Shown here piece by piece: positions 17,447 through 27,548 of a DNA stretch of 64,000 nt (position 1 is its first letter; each line of letters starts with the position of its first letter). The position numbers and the translations under genes were made by a program. The notes under the pieces are model-generated. The model was not told where the DNA came from and searched no databases. It worked only from the letters and a program-made list of their open reading frames with translations. Source of the DNA: Erysipelotrichaceae bacterium. GTDB lineage: Bacteria > Bacillota_I > Bacilli_A > Erysipelotrichales > Coprobacillaceae. The stretch lies in NCBI GenBank assembly GCA_021770925.1, contig JAETPY010000002.1, forward strand, positions 2,369 through 66,368, in the 5' to 3' direction.

Positions 17447-20168
17447 CACTTTAACATCACAGGTATTAGAAAAAAGCAATATTATTGATGTCATACAGTC
17501 GTATGGTATCAGTCTTTTTAAAGCAGGTCGCAACTATAAGGCTTTATGCCCCTTTCACGATGATAAAAATCCCTCTATGTCAGTATCGCCCGATAAACAG
17601 ATTTTTAAATGTTTTTCCTGCCAGACAGCAGGTAATGCAGTTGATTTTGTTCTTCAGTATGAAAATAAGGTTAATAATAATCCAAATTTTAAACGCATTG
17701 ATGCAATAAAAAAAGTTGCTGAAATATGCAATATTGATATACAAATAGAAAACACTATTGATAGAGAACCGGATTATTTAAATGCAAATCAAAGACAAAT
17801 GGTTAAAATAAACAGCAATATCAATAAAGTTTTTTCATACTATTTGAATCAGACTGAATCCGGTAAAAAATCTCTTGACTACCTTTATCAAAGAGGATTA
17901 TCCGATGAAGTTATTGCTGATCTTGAATTAGGATTCTGTCCTGAAAATACCGCCCTTTTAAATGATAAGAACTATTTAAATGCAAATGCTGTAGGAATAG
18001 TTAAAGAAAGTGAAAACGGAAGATATGAGGTACTGCGAAATCGTATTATTTTTCCAATAAGAAATGATAGAGGTGATATTGCTGGTTTTAGCGGAAGAAT
18101 TCTTTCAAAAGAAAAAAGCAGTATCAAATATCTAAATACTGAAGAGAATGAAATCTTTAAAAAAGGCGACATACTATACAATTTTTATGATGCTAAAAAG
18201 CATACTGAAAATGATGGTATATATGTTGTCGAGGGGTATATGGATGTCGTAGCAGCTAAAATGACAGGATTGCATAACACGTGTGCTTTGATGGGTACTG
18301 CATTGACTGATAAGCATATTGAGCTTTTAAAAAGTATTAACCGACCTGTTAATCTAATGCTTGACAGTGACGAACCGGGACGAAATGCTATCATTAAAGC
18401 TATTGATCAGTTAGAACAAAATGGTATAGTGGTAAATGTAGTTGACTTGAAAGAACTGGGTGAACTAAAAGATCTGGGTGAATACTATGAATTTGTGATA
18501 AAAAATACAGATAAAGAAAAAGCAGGAGAAAAACTCGCATCACTTAAATCTGAGATTATGAGATTAAAAGAAAAGCCGGTTGTTTTTAAAATTAAAAGAT
18601 ATTTAGAAGAAATGGAATTAAAAAGCGACCTTAGTTTAGCTAACATTGAAGATATTTACAGGAATTTTAAAGATCAGCTTAAAGGATCAAATTTAACAGC
18701 AGTTACAGAATACATTAAAAGTATTTCCAATTATTCGCAGACTGAGATTCAAGAGATCCTGCACCCTGTTAATAAAAATTATTCAAAATTTTTATCTGCA
18801 TCGCTTGATAAAGCACTGGATGATATTCTAACTCATGAAATAATCCAAAAAGAGGACATTGTTTTAAAAAACTATTATCTTCAAAACAAAAAAGATATTT
18901 TAAAAATGGCTGATTCTCTTTTACAGGAAGATGGCGGATATTTATATCAGGATGGAACAATCGCAGGATATAATCTTCTAAATGCAGTGTTAAGAGAAAA
19001 TAAATCCTATGAACAGTATAAAGAGATCAATACTTTTAAATATCAGTCACTGTTTGATAACTGCTATGCTAATAACAGTGCTAATAAAATATCTCTTTCT
19101 AAAACAGGGCAGTTTCAGTTTATTGAAAAATACAACAAAACGTTTGAAAATGATGAATTAAAAGATAAAAACAATATAACTGAAGCTTATGTTATTGACA
19201 AAATAGATGATCTGTTTGATATCCTTCCTGTAAAAATGATGAATCGGTTTCAATTCAAGGATATACAGAGATCTTTTTATGAAAAAAAGATGATCTGTTT
19301 CGATTTTAATACTATTTTTGACACTATGCAGGTAAAGATGGGAATACTCGATTATTTTGATAAGAGTTTTAAAGCAGATGATAATAAACTAAAGGCGGTA
19401 CTGATATATCCAAATCAGGATAAGTCTATCAAAATATCTGATAAAAGTTTAGTGAAAGAAATTAAAACTGATCAAAAAGATCATAAAGAAACAATTACCA
19501 AAACTAATGAGATAAATACTAAAAGTATTTCTAACAGTTATATCAATGTTTTTGTAAATCTCATAAAAAAAGAAACACAAAAAGGATTTTATTTTAAAGC
19601 GGGCAGAAACAATGACCGCTATTATTTTGCGCCAAAAGAAATATGTAAATGGTATGGAAATAATAAGAGGACTTTAGGTGTATCGTTACAAAATATCAAT
19701 AAACTTGGTGAATATTCCTATGATGCAGAGAATAAAAAATTCACATATATTACCAATGCATCATATTCACAAATAGAAAAAGATTTTAAAGTATTTAAAT
19801 CCAATACCAAAGAAAAGAAAAACAAAACAACATATATGCTGTTTAAAGAATATGATGTTAATTCCTTTGAAAAAAATGGAACTAAGTATGCAGTAGTTTC
19901 AATTCCTTATAAAAATGAAACTGCCACTATGACGATCCCGTTTTCATACAAACACAAAGAAACAGATGGAATGATTTCTTTTAAGGTTCAGGATAACTGG
20001 ACGTATAATCTTGATTTAAATGGTATCAGAGAGAAAAAAACACCCGATGAAATAATGAAAATATATAATCAGCACAAAGATAAAGATTATGATCTTGATA
20101 CAGCTGCTGATAGTAATGTTGATAATGATAAATTTGATGATTTTGAAAGGAGTGTGGCATATGGCTGA
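17439..20168 (+). CDS. dnaG: DnaG-type DNA primase with long C-terminal extension
   Basis: CHC2 zinc finger CPFHDDKNPS...FKCFSC; RNRIIFPI; KYLNT; TOPRIM VEGYMDV and DSDEPG. Confidence 0.9.
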   Translation: MSNTLTSQVLEKSNIIDVIQSYGISLFKAGRNYKALCPFHDDKNPSMSVSPDKQIFKCFSCQTAGNAVDFVLQYENKVNNNPNFKRIDAIKKVAEICNIDIQIENTIDREPDYLNANQRQMVKINSNINKVFSYYLNQTESGKKSLDYLYQRGLSDEVIADLELGFCPENTALLNDKNYLNANAVGIVKESENGRYEVLRNRIIFPIRNDRGDIAGFSGRILSKEKSSIKYLNTEENEIFKKGDILYNFYDAKKHTENDGIYVVEGYMDVVAAKMTGLHNTCALMGTALTDKHIELLKSINRPVNLMLDSDEPGRNAIIKAIDQLEQNGIVVNVVDLKELGELKDLGEYYEFVIKNTDKEKAGEKLASLKSEIMRLKEKPVVFKIKRYLEEMELKSDLSLANIEDIYRNFKDQLKGSNLTAVTEYIKSISNYSQTEIQEILHPVNKNYSKFLSASLDKALDDILTHEIIQKEDIVLKNYYLQNKKDILKMADSLLQEDGGYLYQDGTIAGYNLLNAVLRENKSYEQYKEINTFKYQSLFDNCYANNSANKISLSKTGQFQFIEKYNKTFENDELKDKNNITEAYVIDKIDDLFDILPVKMMNRFQFKDIQRSFYEKKMICFDFNTIFDTMQVKMGILDYFDKSFKADDNKLKAVLIYPNQDKSIKISDKSLVKEIKTDQKDHKETITKTNEINTKSISNSYINVFVNLIKKETQKGFYFKAGRNNDRYYFAPKEICKWYGNNKRTLGVSLQNINKLGEYSYDAENKKFTYITNASYSQIEKDFKVFKSNTKEKKNKTTYMLFKEYDVNSFEKNGTKYAVVSIPYKNETATMTIPFSYKHKETDGMISFKVQDNWTYNLDLNGIREKKTPDEIMKIYNQHKDKDYDLDTAADSNVDNDKFDDFERSVAYG

Positions 20169-21306
20169 TGCATCATCAGAAGCTAATTCAAATCTTAGAG
20201 ATTTTAAACATGCAGTAATGCGAGCTCTGCATTATTTGAAAAGAGGAGCGCTCTTTGTAAATAAAATAATTTTAAAAGCCAAGAAAATATTTTTAAAAAT
20301 TGTGGATAAATATTCTGTTACCAGATCATACAAGGCATTGTCTAAAAATAAATCCGGTATTTCATGCTCTTCTCCCCTGTCATTAAAAGATTTGGAGATT
20401 GTCAAGAAACAGGCTAAAAACTGGAAAATACAGTACAGTATAATCAAGGTAGATGCTAAAAACAAAAAAAAGGATGTAGGCTTCTTTAAAATGCTGAAAG
20501 AAGGGTTCGACAAAAAGTCCATTGAAGAACCTAAATATCAGATTGCATTTCGTACAGCTGATAGTGAAATAATGACAGAAATTTTAAAACAGGTTGCTGA
20601 AGAAAGGCTGAAAAGACAAATTTCAAGAGATCCTTCTGAGCGTACAGATTTTAATAAAGACGGTATAGTTGATGAAAAAGATTTTGAAGTAAGTCATAAG
20701 GAGCTGGATATGAAACCGGAAAATTTGGAGGAAAACAGAGAATATGGAAGTGTGATTTCAAGTGAGTTTAAAGATATAAATCATGCTGTAATTGATATTT
20801 CAAAAAACGATTTCTGTAAAACAAATATTGAAACGACATTAGAAATTGAAACCTTTTCTGCTTATGTAAACAGAGATTCAAATAATAATCCGGTAGTATC
20901 AGTTATTGTGAAGCAGGAAGATTTAGAAAAATATCAAACTCTTTTAAATGATAATGATATTAAAGATTACACACTCATGGAGGCGAATTTTGACCATAAT
21001 GCTTCCCCTATTAATTATGCAGATACAGTTCAGCTTAAATTTAAAAATGAGCAGGATTATAAAGATTTTAAAAATCAGTATAGCGATGTTTCTTTTAATG
21101 CACAAAGAAGCTGTGAGAATAATCAGTATCAGTGGACAGTATTCGTTGAGGAGGATAAACTGTCAAAAAAGTTCGAGAACGACATCAGGAAGCCATCCTT
21201 AGAGAAAGTTTTAGACGATATAGAAAAAGACAAGGAAATCAGTATTAATGATGTCGGTAAAGATCTTGATTTAGGTAAAGATCTTGAATTGAATATTGAA
21301 GAATAG
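20161..21306 (+). CDS. PcfB/DUF3801-like conjugation protein
   Basis: Located directly before VirD4; QYSIIK and YQIAFRTADSE motifs; KPSLEKVL near the C-terminus. Confidence 0.5.
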   Translation: MADASSEANSNLRDFKHAVMRALHYLKRGALFVNKIILKAKKIFLKIVDKYSVTRSYKALSKNKSGISCSSPLSLKDLEIVKKQAKNWKIQYSIIKVDAKNKKKDVGFFKMLKEGFDKKSIEEPKYQIAFRTADSEIMTEILKQVAEERLKRQISRDPSERTDFNKDGIVDEKDFEVSHKELDMKPENLEENREYGSVISSEFKDINHAVIDISKNDFCKTNIETTLEIETFSAYVNRDSNNNPVVSVIVKQEDLEKYQTLLNDNDIKDYTLMEANFDHNASPINYADTVQLKFKNEQDYKDFKNQYSDVSFNAQRSCENNQYQWTVFVEEDKLSKKFENDIRKPSLEKVLDDIEKDKEISINDVGKDLDLGKDLELNIEE

Positions 21307-21318
21307 AGGTTATATACA

Positions 21319-23250
21319 GTGCTGGTAAAAAAAGAACGAAAACGCAGTAAATTAATATACATTATACCTATGCTGACAGCTTCTTTATATTCGATAAGAG
21401 TATATTCGCTTATGAAAATAAACAATACTCCTCTAAAACTGGAATATCTGGAAACGTCATTAAATAGAATAATCGATCCATCATTTCCTTTAGTATTAGA
21501 CAGGCAGGCAGTTATGACTGCTTTTTTTGTTGCGATATTTGTTTTTGCTTTGATAAATACTTATCTTGGCAGTTATAAAAGAACTGTTCAGGAACAGACA
21601 TACGGTAGTGCTGAATGGGGTGATGCCATGGATCTTAATAAAATGAAAGCAAAAAAATATCAGGACAATGTGATTATCACAAACACCGAACAGTTTGCCA
21701 AAGATGCAAATATCAGTAATATAAACAGACATATCTTTGTCTGCGGACGACCCGGAACCGGAAAAACGAGAGCGTTTTTATATCCAAATATTCTTTCTGC
21801 TACAGGTTCGGTAGTCATAACTGATCCTAAGGGTGAAGCGTTGAGAGCCTTAGGACATTCTCTTTTATCGCTGGGTTATAGAATCAAAGTATTTAATCTT
21901 GACAAAAAATATGAATCCAACCATTATAATCCGTTCCATTATATTAAAAAAATCCCAAAAGTTATCTATCATCTTGATGATGATATAGCTGAGGTAACGA
22001 ATGAAAAAACTCTAGCTCAGGATGATGTTATGTCACTGATCAATCTGCTGTTCAAAGCCACTCAATCGACTACGATCAAAAGCAGCACAGGTGATCCGTT
22101 TTGGGAAAAAGCAGAAATGATATTTTTACAGGCAATAACCTACTATATGCTTTTTAGACTTCCTGAAAATGAACATACATTTTCAACAATGCTTGATCTG
22201 ATCAGAAAAGCAAATCCTGATGAAAATGATAAGTGTCAGCTGGATGCTATTTTTGAAAAGTGGAAAGCAGAAGAACCAAATCATGTCGGAGTAAAACAGT
22301 ACGAACACTTTAAATCAGCTAGAGGAAAAATGCTTAGAACTATTGTTTTGACAGCTGTTGCTCGGCTGGCTCCTTTGAATATAGAAGAAGTTTCAAATTT
22401 AACATCGTATGATGACTTAGAATTAGATAGTTTAGGAATGCCTGAAGAACAGGGAAAAATTGCAATATTTATTGTTACTAAACCTTCAGATGATGCATTT
22501 AACTTTCTTGCAAATCTGATGTATTCTCAGATGTTTAGTCTTTTGGATTATAATGCAAATAAATTTAACGGGTGTCTCCCTACACCTGTAGATATATACT
22601 TTGACGAATTTAAACAGCTGGGTGAAATTCCACGTTTTGCTGAAAATCTAGCATATGTACGTTCATTTAATGTTGGTTTTGCAATATTTTTACAATCTCT
22701 TTCGCAGATCAAAGAACTTTATGAAAAAAGCTGGGAAACAATTCTTGACTGCTGTGATTCAATTCTTTTTCTTGGTTCCAATTCAGATTCGACACTGGAA
22801 TACATGGAAAATATGCTTGGCAGTAAGACATGGTATAAAAAATCGACATCACGTACATTTTCAAAAAATGGTTCAAACAGCAAATCCTATGATATTGTTG
22901 GGCGAAAACTAGCTTTTAAAGACGAAATCGGTCGAATGCCTAAAGGAAAATGCATTGCAAAAATCTCCAACACTGAACATAATGTGTTTTATTCTGATAT
23001 TTATGATTTGAAAAAACACCCAAGATATAAAACTTTATTTGAACCAAGAGACCCAAAAACAATAAATAATCTGTATGATCATAGAAAATATCTTGAAGCT
23101 AATCATAAAAAGGTAATCAGGAAAAAGAAGTTTGAAGAAATGGGTATCAATGCGGAAATAGTTACAATTGCATCAGACAGCATAGATCCTGTTGATCTTG
23201 CTAAATTTAAAGTTGTTGGAAATCAGGATACAGATTTATCAAATTTTTAG
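21319..23250 (+). CDS. virD4: Type IV coupling protein VirD4/TraG
   Basis: YGSAEW, Walker A GRPGTGKT, TDPKGE, DPFWEKAE, FDEF, LQSLSQ. Confidence 0.95.
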   Translation: MLVKKERKRSKLIYIIPMLTASLYSIRVYSLMKINNTPLKLEYLETSLNRIIDPSFPLVLDRQAVMTAFFVAIFVFALINTYLGSYKRTVQEQTYGSAEWGDAMDLNKMKAKKYQDNVIITNTEQFAKDANISNINRHIFVCGRPGTGKTRAFLYPNILSATGSVVITDPKGEALRALGHSLLSLGYRIKVFNLDKKYESNHYNPFHYIKKIPKVIYHLDDDIAEVTNEKTLAQDDVMSLINLLFKATQSTTIKSSTGDPFWEKAEMIFLQAITYYMLFRLPENEHTFSTMLDLIRKANPDENDKCQLDAIFEKWKAEEPNHVGVKQYEHFKSARGKMLRTIVLTAVARLAPLNIEEVSNLTSYDDLELDSLGMPEEQGKIAIFIVTKPSDDAFNFLANLMYSQMFSLLDYNANKFNGCLPTPVDIYFDEFKQLGEIPRFAENLAYVRSFNVGFAIFLQSLSQIKELYEKSWETILDCCDSILFLGSNSDSTLEYMENMLGSKTWYKKSTSRTFSKNGSNSKSYDIVGRKLAFKDEIGRMPKGKCIAKISNTEHNVFYSDIYDLKKHPRYKTLFEPRDPKTINNLYDHRKYLEANHKKVIRKKKFEEMGINAEIVTIASDSIDPVDLAKFKVVGNQDTDLSNF

Positions 23251-23256
23251 AAGGTA

Positions 23257-23280
23257 ATAGTGGTCATATATGACCACTAT
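23257..23280. repeat. ICE palindrome copy 4
   Basis: atagtggtcatatatgaccactat, between virD4 and virB2-like. Confidence 0.85.
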
Positions 23281-23296
23281 TTTTATGGAGGAAAAT

Positions 23297-23623
23297 ATGA
23301 AGAATTTAAAAAAATATTTATGCAAGAGCTATGAAAAATACAAAAAATCTTTTTTAGCTGTTCATACAGCACTAATCACTTTTATTATATCAACCAATAT
23401 AGTTTATGCTGAAAGCAATACTGGAGCGATTGACAATTTTGTTACGTATATCACTGACTGGATGGTAAAAATCGGAGGAGTTCTCGCACTGATTGGAGGA
23501 GTGATGTTCTGTGCAGGGTGGACGAGAGATGATGCAGATGGAAAATACAGAGGGTTAATGGTAGTTATGGCAGGATTTATGCTAATTGGTATTGCTAAAT
23601 CCCCTGATATATTTGGACTTTAA
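23297..23623 (+). CDS. TrbC/VirB2 (Maff2-like) conjugation membrane protein
   Basis: Signal peptide ending VYA; IGGVLALIGG...DDADGK...GLMVVMAG. Confidence 0.7.
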   Translation: MKNLKKYLCKSYEKYKKSFLAVHTALITFIISTNIVYAESNTGAIDNFVTYITDWMVKIGGVLALIGGVMFCAGWTRDDADGKYRGLMVVMAGFMLIGIAKSPDIFGL

Positions 23624-23634
23624 GGATTGATTTT

Positions 23635-24459
23635 ATGTTTGATAATTTTATTATAGAAATATTTAATCTTTCTTTCACCATCCTTGGTCAGACGATATCA
23701 TGCAGTAATCTTACAAAAACAGTAGTTCATCTATTAAGCCTAAATAATATACAAAATGAATTGAGTTCATTATGGAGTTTAGGTTCAATGGTGCATAGCG
23801 TAATCCTTCCTTTTGGATATTCTCTTTTGACTTTGTTTTGTATGCTTGAACTGTTGCAGAGAATGAGCGATCCTGAACGAGTAACATGGGAACGTGTCGC
23901 AATGACGATCTGCAAGTTTATCTTTATAAAAGTTATTATGACAAACAGTTATAAATTTGCAACGATGATTTTGCAAATAACGCAAGATATATATCACTCA
24001 GTATGGGTAAAAATTGGTAGTTCTGGTGCAACTCCAGACCTAGGGCAGATTATGGCTGAAATATGCTCAGGATCTATGGCTGCTCAGTTAGGTTATTTCG
24101 CACTGACAATTATTATATGGGTAATATATTTAGGAACAGTAGTTGGCGTAGTAACAATAGTTTTTACAAGAATATTTAAAATGGTCATCTACAGCAGTAC
24201 ATGTGCAATTCCGTTAGCTATGGCTACAAATGAAGCAACTTCACAGGGGGCTAAACGTTTTTTTATGGCGCTAGCTTCTTTAGGACTGGAAGCCACTGTT
24301 ATTATGATATCTACTAAAATTTATTCTCTGATGCTGTCAGGATTGAGTGACAGTGCTCAGGGAATAAATGTTGTTCTTGCTGTAATTATAATTAATGCAT
24401 TATATCTTGGCTTAATGAATTTTGGAAATTCAATAGCTAGAGAATTGACAGGGGCATAG
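23635..24459 (+). CDS. VirB6-like polytopic T4SS membrane protein
   Basis: Multiple TMs; RIFKMVIY...AIPLA motif; gene position. Confidence 0.75.
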   Translation: MFDNFIIEIFNLSFTILGQTISCSNLTKTVVHLLSLNNIQNELSSLWSLGSMVHSVILPFGYSLLTLFCMLELLQRMSDPERVTWERVAMTICKFIFIKVIMTNSYKFATMILQITQDIYHSVWVKIGSSGATPDLGQIMAEICSGSMAAQLGYFALTIIIWVIYLGTVVGVVTIVFTRIFKMVIYSSTCAIPLAMATNEATSQGAKRFFMALASLGLEATVIMISTKIYSLMLSGLSDSAQGINVVLAVIIINALYLGLMNFGNSIARELTGA

Positions 24460-24469
24460 GAGGGGTAAC

Positions 24470-25156
24470 ATGGATCAAATAGAAATAAGAATACATGAAG
24501 AAATCGATAACTACAGTGAAAAATTCTACTGGTTTACTTTTAGACAGTGGGTAGCAGTTATACTTTTTGGTATTACAGCAGTTCCTTTTTACCTGAAATT
24601 CAGAACAATCCTTGGAGAAGATCCAATATCTTATATTATAATTGCATATGCTATTCCATTTGCTTTTATCGGTTTCATTCCAATTCAAAAAATGCCAGCC
24701 GAAAAAATAGTAAAATATATTTTCAGAAAAGAAACGGTATTTTTCAAAGAACTGCCTTATAAAACTGAAAAAGAAATATTTTTAGAAAAAGAGTATATGA
24801 AAAAACTTAGACTGTCCACTAGAATAAAAAAAAGTTTATCTAAAAAAGCTTCTCTGCAGGTACAGGAAGCCTGCAGGGAATATGTTAAAAATAATATCCA
24901 GCAATCAACTTTTGAATCAGATAAAAAAAGCAAAGATATTATAAAGAATAAAACAACTGAAAAGCTCAAGATTACCAGAAAAGAACGAAAAAAAATAAAA
25001 GAACAGAAAAAATTAGAAAAGTTTAAAGCAAAAGCATTAAAAAAAGGCTGGATCAGTGATGTTCAAAATAATACAGTAAATAATTTTTCTGATCAGCAGA
25101 TAGAACAGATGATGATTGAATATTTAAAAAAGAAGGATGCTAAAAAAAATGAGTAA
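24470..25156 (+). CDS. prgI: PrgI-family (VirB3-like) protein
   Basis: EIRIHEEIDNYSEKFYWFTFRQ plus two TMs and MPAEK. Confidence 0.85.
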   Translation: MDQIEIRIHEEIDNYSEKFYWFTFRQWVAVILFGITAVPFYLKFRTILGEDPISYIIIAYAIPFAFIGFIPIQKMPAEKIVKYIFRKETVFFKELPYKTEKEIFLEKEYMKKLRLSTRIKKSLSKKASLQVQEACREYVKNNIQQSTFESDKKSKDIIKNKTTEKLKITRKERKKIKEQKKLEKFKAKALKKGWISDVQNNTVNNFSDQQIEQMMIEYLKKKDAKKNE

Positions 25157-27548
25157 AGTTAAAATAAAAGATGATTTAATGAATGTTTTATCCAAAATCA
25201 AATCAGAACCCATAGATAAGCCAGTAACCACGCAAAGAGTGATTGAAACATTTTTTGATGAGTTTTATGAAGATACTAAGATTTTTAAAATAACAGGCGG
25301 TTTATATTCAATCTGTTTTGAATATTCAGATATTTCATTTGCAAAAGCAAAATTAGATGTACAGGAAAATATCTTTTTAAAGTGGGTGGATTATTTAAAT
25401 TCTTTTTCTTCTGACTGTCATATTCAGGTAATAAATATCATTCAGCCAATAAACAGCGAAACTTTCGAAAATGAGTATATGCTTCGAAATGTAGAAACAC
25501 TCCCCTCTCCTAAAATTGCTGAAGAAACTAACCAGCTTATTGAACTGGGGGTTGGCAATATAAATGAAACTCTAGAATCAAAACGTTATATTGCTGTTAC
25601 TATAAAAAATGATTCATATAATAATGTTAAGGAAAAATTTATGGATATTCAGCTTAAATCTGAAGAAAAATTTAAGGAGCTTGGATCTTCTATTAGAAGA
25701 ATATCTGTAGATGAAAGATTGGAAATACTTTATAATTTTTTCAACTGTGCTAAATGGACAGATAAAAACAATCTATCCATACTGAAATGCGCAAAAAAAG
25801 AAAATGCAACTGTTTATGATGTTTTAGCACCAAAATCTATTCTGTTTAAAAATAAAGATTTCACATTAATAGATAATAAAAAATTTGTTAAGATCTTATA
25901 TCTAGATGATCTGCCAAGCTCACTTACTCCAAAACTCTATAATGTTCTTTCGAAACAGAAAATGGAACTTTATATTACGCAAAACATCAACCCTACTAAT
26001 AGTGCAAAATCTATCAAGAAAGTAAATAAAAAAATTACCGGTATGAAGTCAGAGCGTTTAGCTAAGATAAGAAGAGCAGCTAAACAGCATATTGATTATA
26101 ATGCTGTTAAGGATGAAAAGTTAGAAGATAAGCTGAGAGATGCAAAACAGCTTAGAAATGATCTTCAAAAAAACAACCAAAAGATCTTTAGATCTAATCT
26201 TTTAATAATGGTCGTAGCTTCAAATGCAGACGAAATGAATCGAAACTGTAAAAGAATCATGGATATAGCAGGTGAACAGCTATGCAATGTAAAACCGCTA
26301 CTGTTTCAACAGCTTGAAGGAATTCAAAATGTTCTTCCTTTTAGCAGAGATAATTTACAGATACTAAGAACATTAACCTCTGAAGCTACTGCTATACATG
26401 TGCCATTTAATACAAAGGATCTTATTCATAAAGATGGAATATATTATGGTGTCAATTTATTATCGAAAAACCCTGTAATTGTGGATAGAAAAAAACAATT
26501 AAATGGTAATGGATGCGTTTTAGCTACTGCAGGTGCTGGTAAATCTTTTATCATCAAATTTATGATTGAACAGATTATGAATAAATATCCTGATGATGAT
26601 GTTATTATTGTAGATCTTAATACAGAATACAATAATATTATTAAAGAGTTTAATGGACAGACACTAGAAATATCAAATACATCAAAAACTTATTTGAATC
26701 CTTTTCACATGGATATAGGATATGATGACAAAGAACCTATCAAATCAAAGATTGAATGGATTCTTGCGTGGTGTGAATCGCTTCTTGGTGGACGTGATCT
26801 TACCGGCAGTGAAAAATCAATCATTGACAGATGTGTAAAAAATTTATTTTTTGATTACGAGCGCAGTGGTTTTTTAGACAAAACATTAATTCCCAATTTA
26901 AAGAAGTTTTGGAATGAACTAAGCAGTCAGCAGGAATCAGAAGCAAAAAATCTTGCTTTGATTATGGAAAGATATGCAAAAGGTTCACTGGAGATGTTTG
27001 CTCATGAAACAAATATAGATATCCATAATCGACTTGTTAGTTTTGATATCAGTAAATTACCTGAATCAATCTTAAAGACTGGATACCTAGTTGTTTTAGA
27101 TCATATATGGAACCGTATTACCAACAATCGAAAACTGAAAAAAAATACATGGATAATTATTGACGAATTTCATGTTCTGCTTGAAAATGTTTATTCAGCT
27201 CAGTTTGTAGCTAAGCTCTATAAAGAAGGCAGAAAATATAATTCATTTCCAACAATCATTACTCAAAATATTGCTGATATACTTGAAAATAAAAATGGTA
27301 GAAAGATTTTAAGTAATAGTGAATTTGCTGTGGTATTAAAACAAAAACCACTTGATCTTGTTGAAATATGTAAGATCTTTGATATAAGTAATGAAGAAGC
27401 AAGTTATATAACATCTGATATATCGGGTCAGGGAATTATTGTATACGGAAATTCAAAAGTGCCTTTTAGAAATAATGTACCTAAAGATTTTTATATATAC
27501 AAACTTAATGACACTTCAAATAATGCAAATATAGCATTGCAGCGATGA
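25149..27548 (+). CDS. virB4: VirB4-like conjugal transfer ATPase
   Basis: YYGVN, NGNGCVLATAGAGKSF (Walker A), IIDEFH, RKY, ITQN. Confidence 0.95.
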   Translation: MSKVKIKDDLMNVLSKIKSEPIDKPVTTQRVIETFFDEFYEDTKIFKITGGLYSICFEYSDISFAKAKLDVQENIFLKWVDYLNSFSSDCHIQVINIIQPINSETFENEYMLRNVETLPSPKIAEETNQLIELGVGNINETLESKRYIAVTIKNDSYNNVKEKFMDIQLKSEEKFKELGSSIRRISVDERLEILYNFFNCAKWTDKNNLSILKCAKKENATVYDVLAPKSILFKNKDFTLIDNKKFVKILYLDDLPSSLTPKLYNVLSKQKMELYITQNINPTNSAKSIKKVNKKITGMKSERLAKIRRAAKQHIDYNAVKDEKLEDKLRDAKQLRNDLQKNNQKIFRSNLLIMVVASNADEMNRNCKRIMDIAGEQLCNVKPLLFQQLEGIQNVLPFSRDNLQILRTLTSEATAIHVPFNTKDLIHKDGIYYGVNLLSKNPVIVDRKKQLNGNGCVLATAGAGKSFIIKFMIEQIMNKYPDDDVIIVDLNTEYNNIIKEFNGQTLEISNTSKTYLNPFHMDIGYDDKEPIKSKIEWILAWCESLLGGRDLTGSEKSIIDRCVKNLFFDYERSGFLDKTLIPNLKKFWNELSSQQESEAKNLALIMERYAKGSLEMFAHETNIDIHNRLVSFDISKLPESILKTGYLVVLDHIWNRITNNRKLKKNTWIIIDEFHVLLENVYSAQFVAKLYKEGRKYNSFPTIITQNIADILENKNGRKILSNSEFAVVLKQKPLDLVEICKIFDISNEEASYITSDISGQGIIVYGNSKVPFRNNVPKDFYIYKLNDTSNNANIALQR

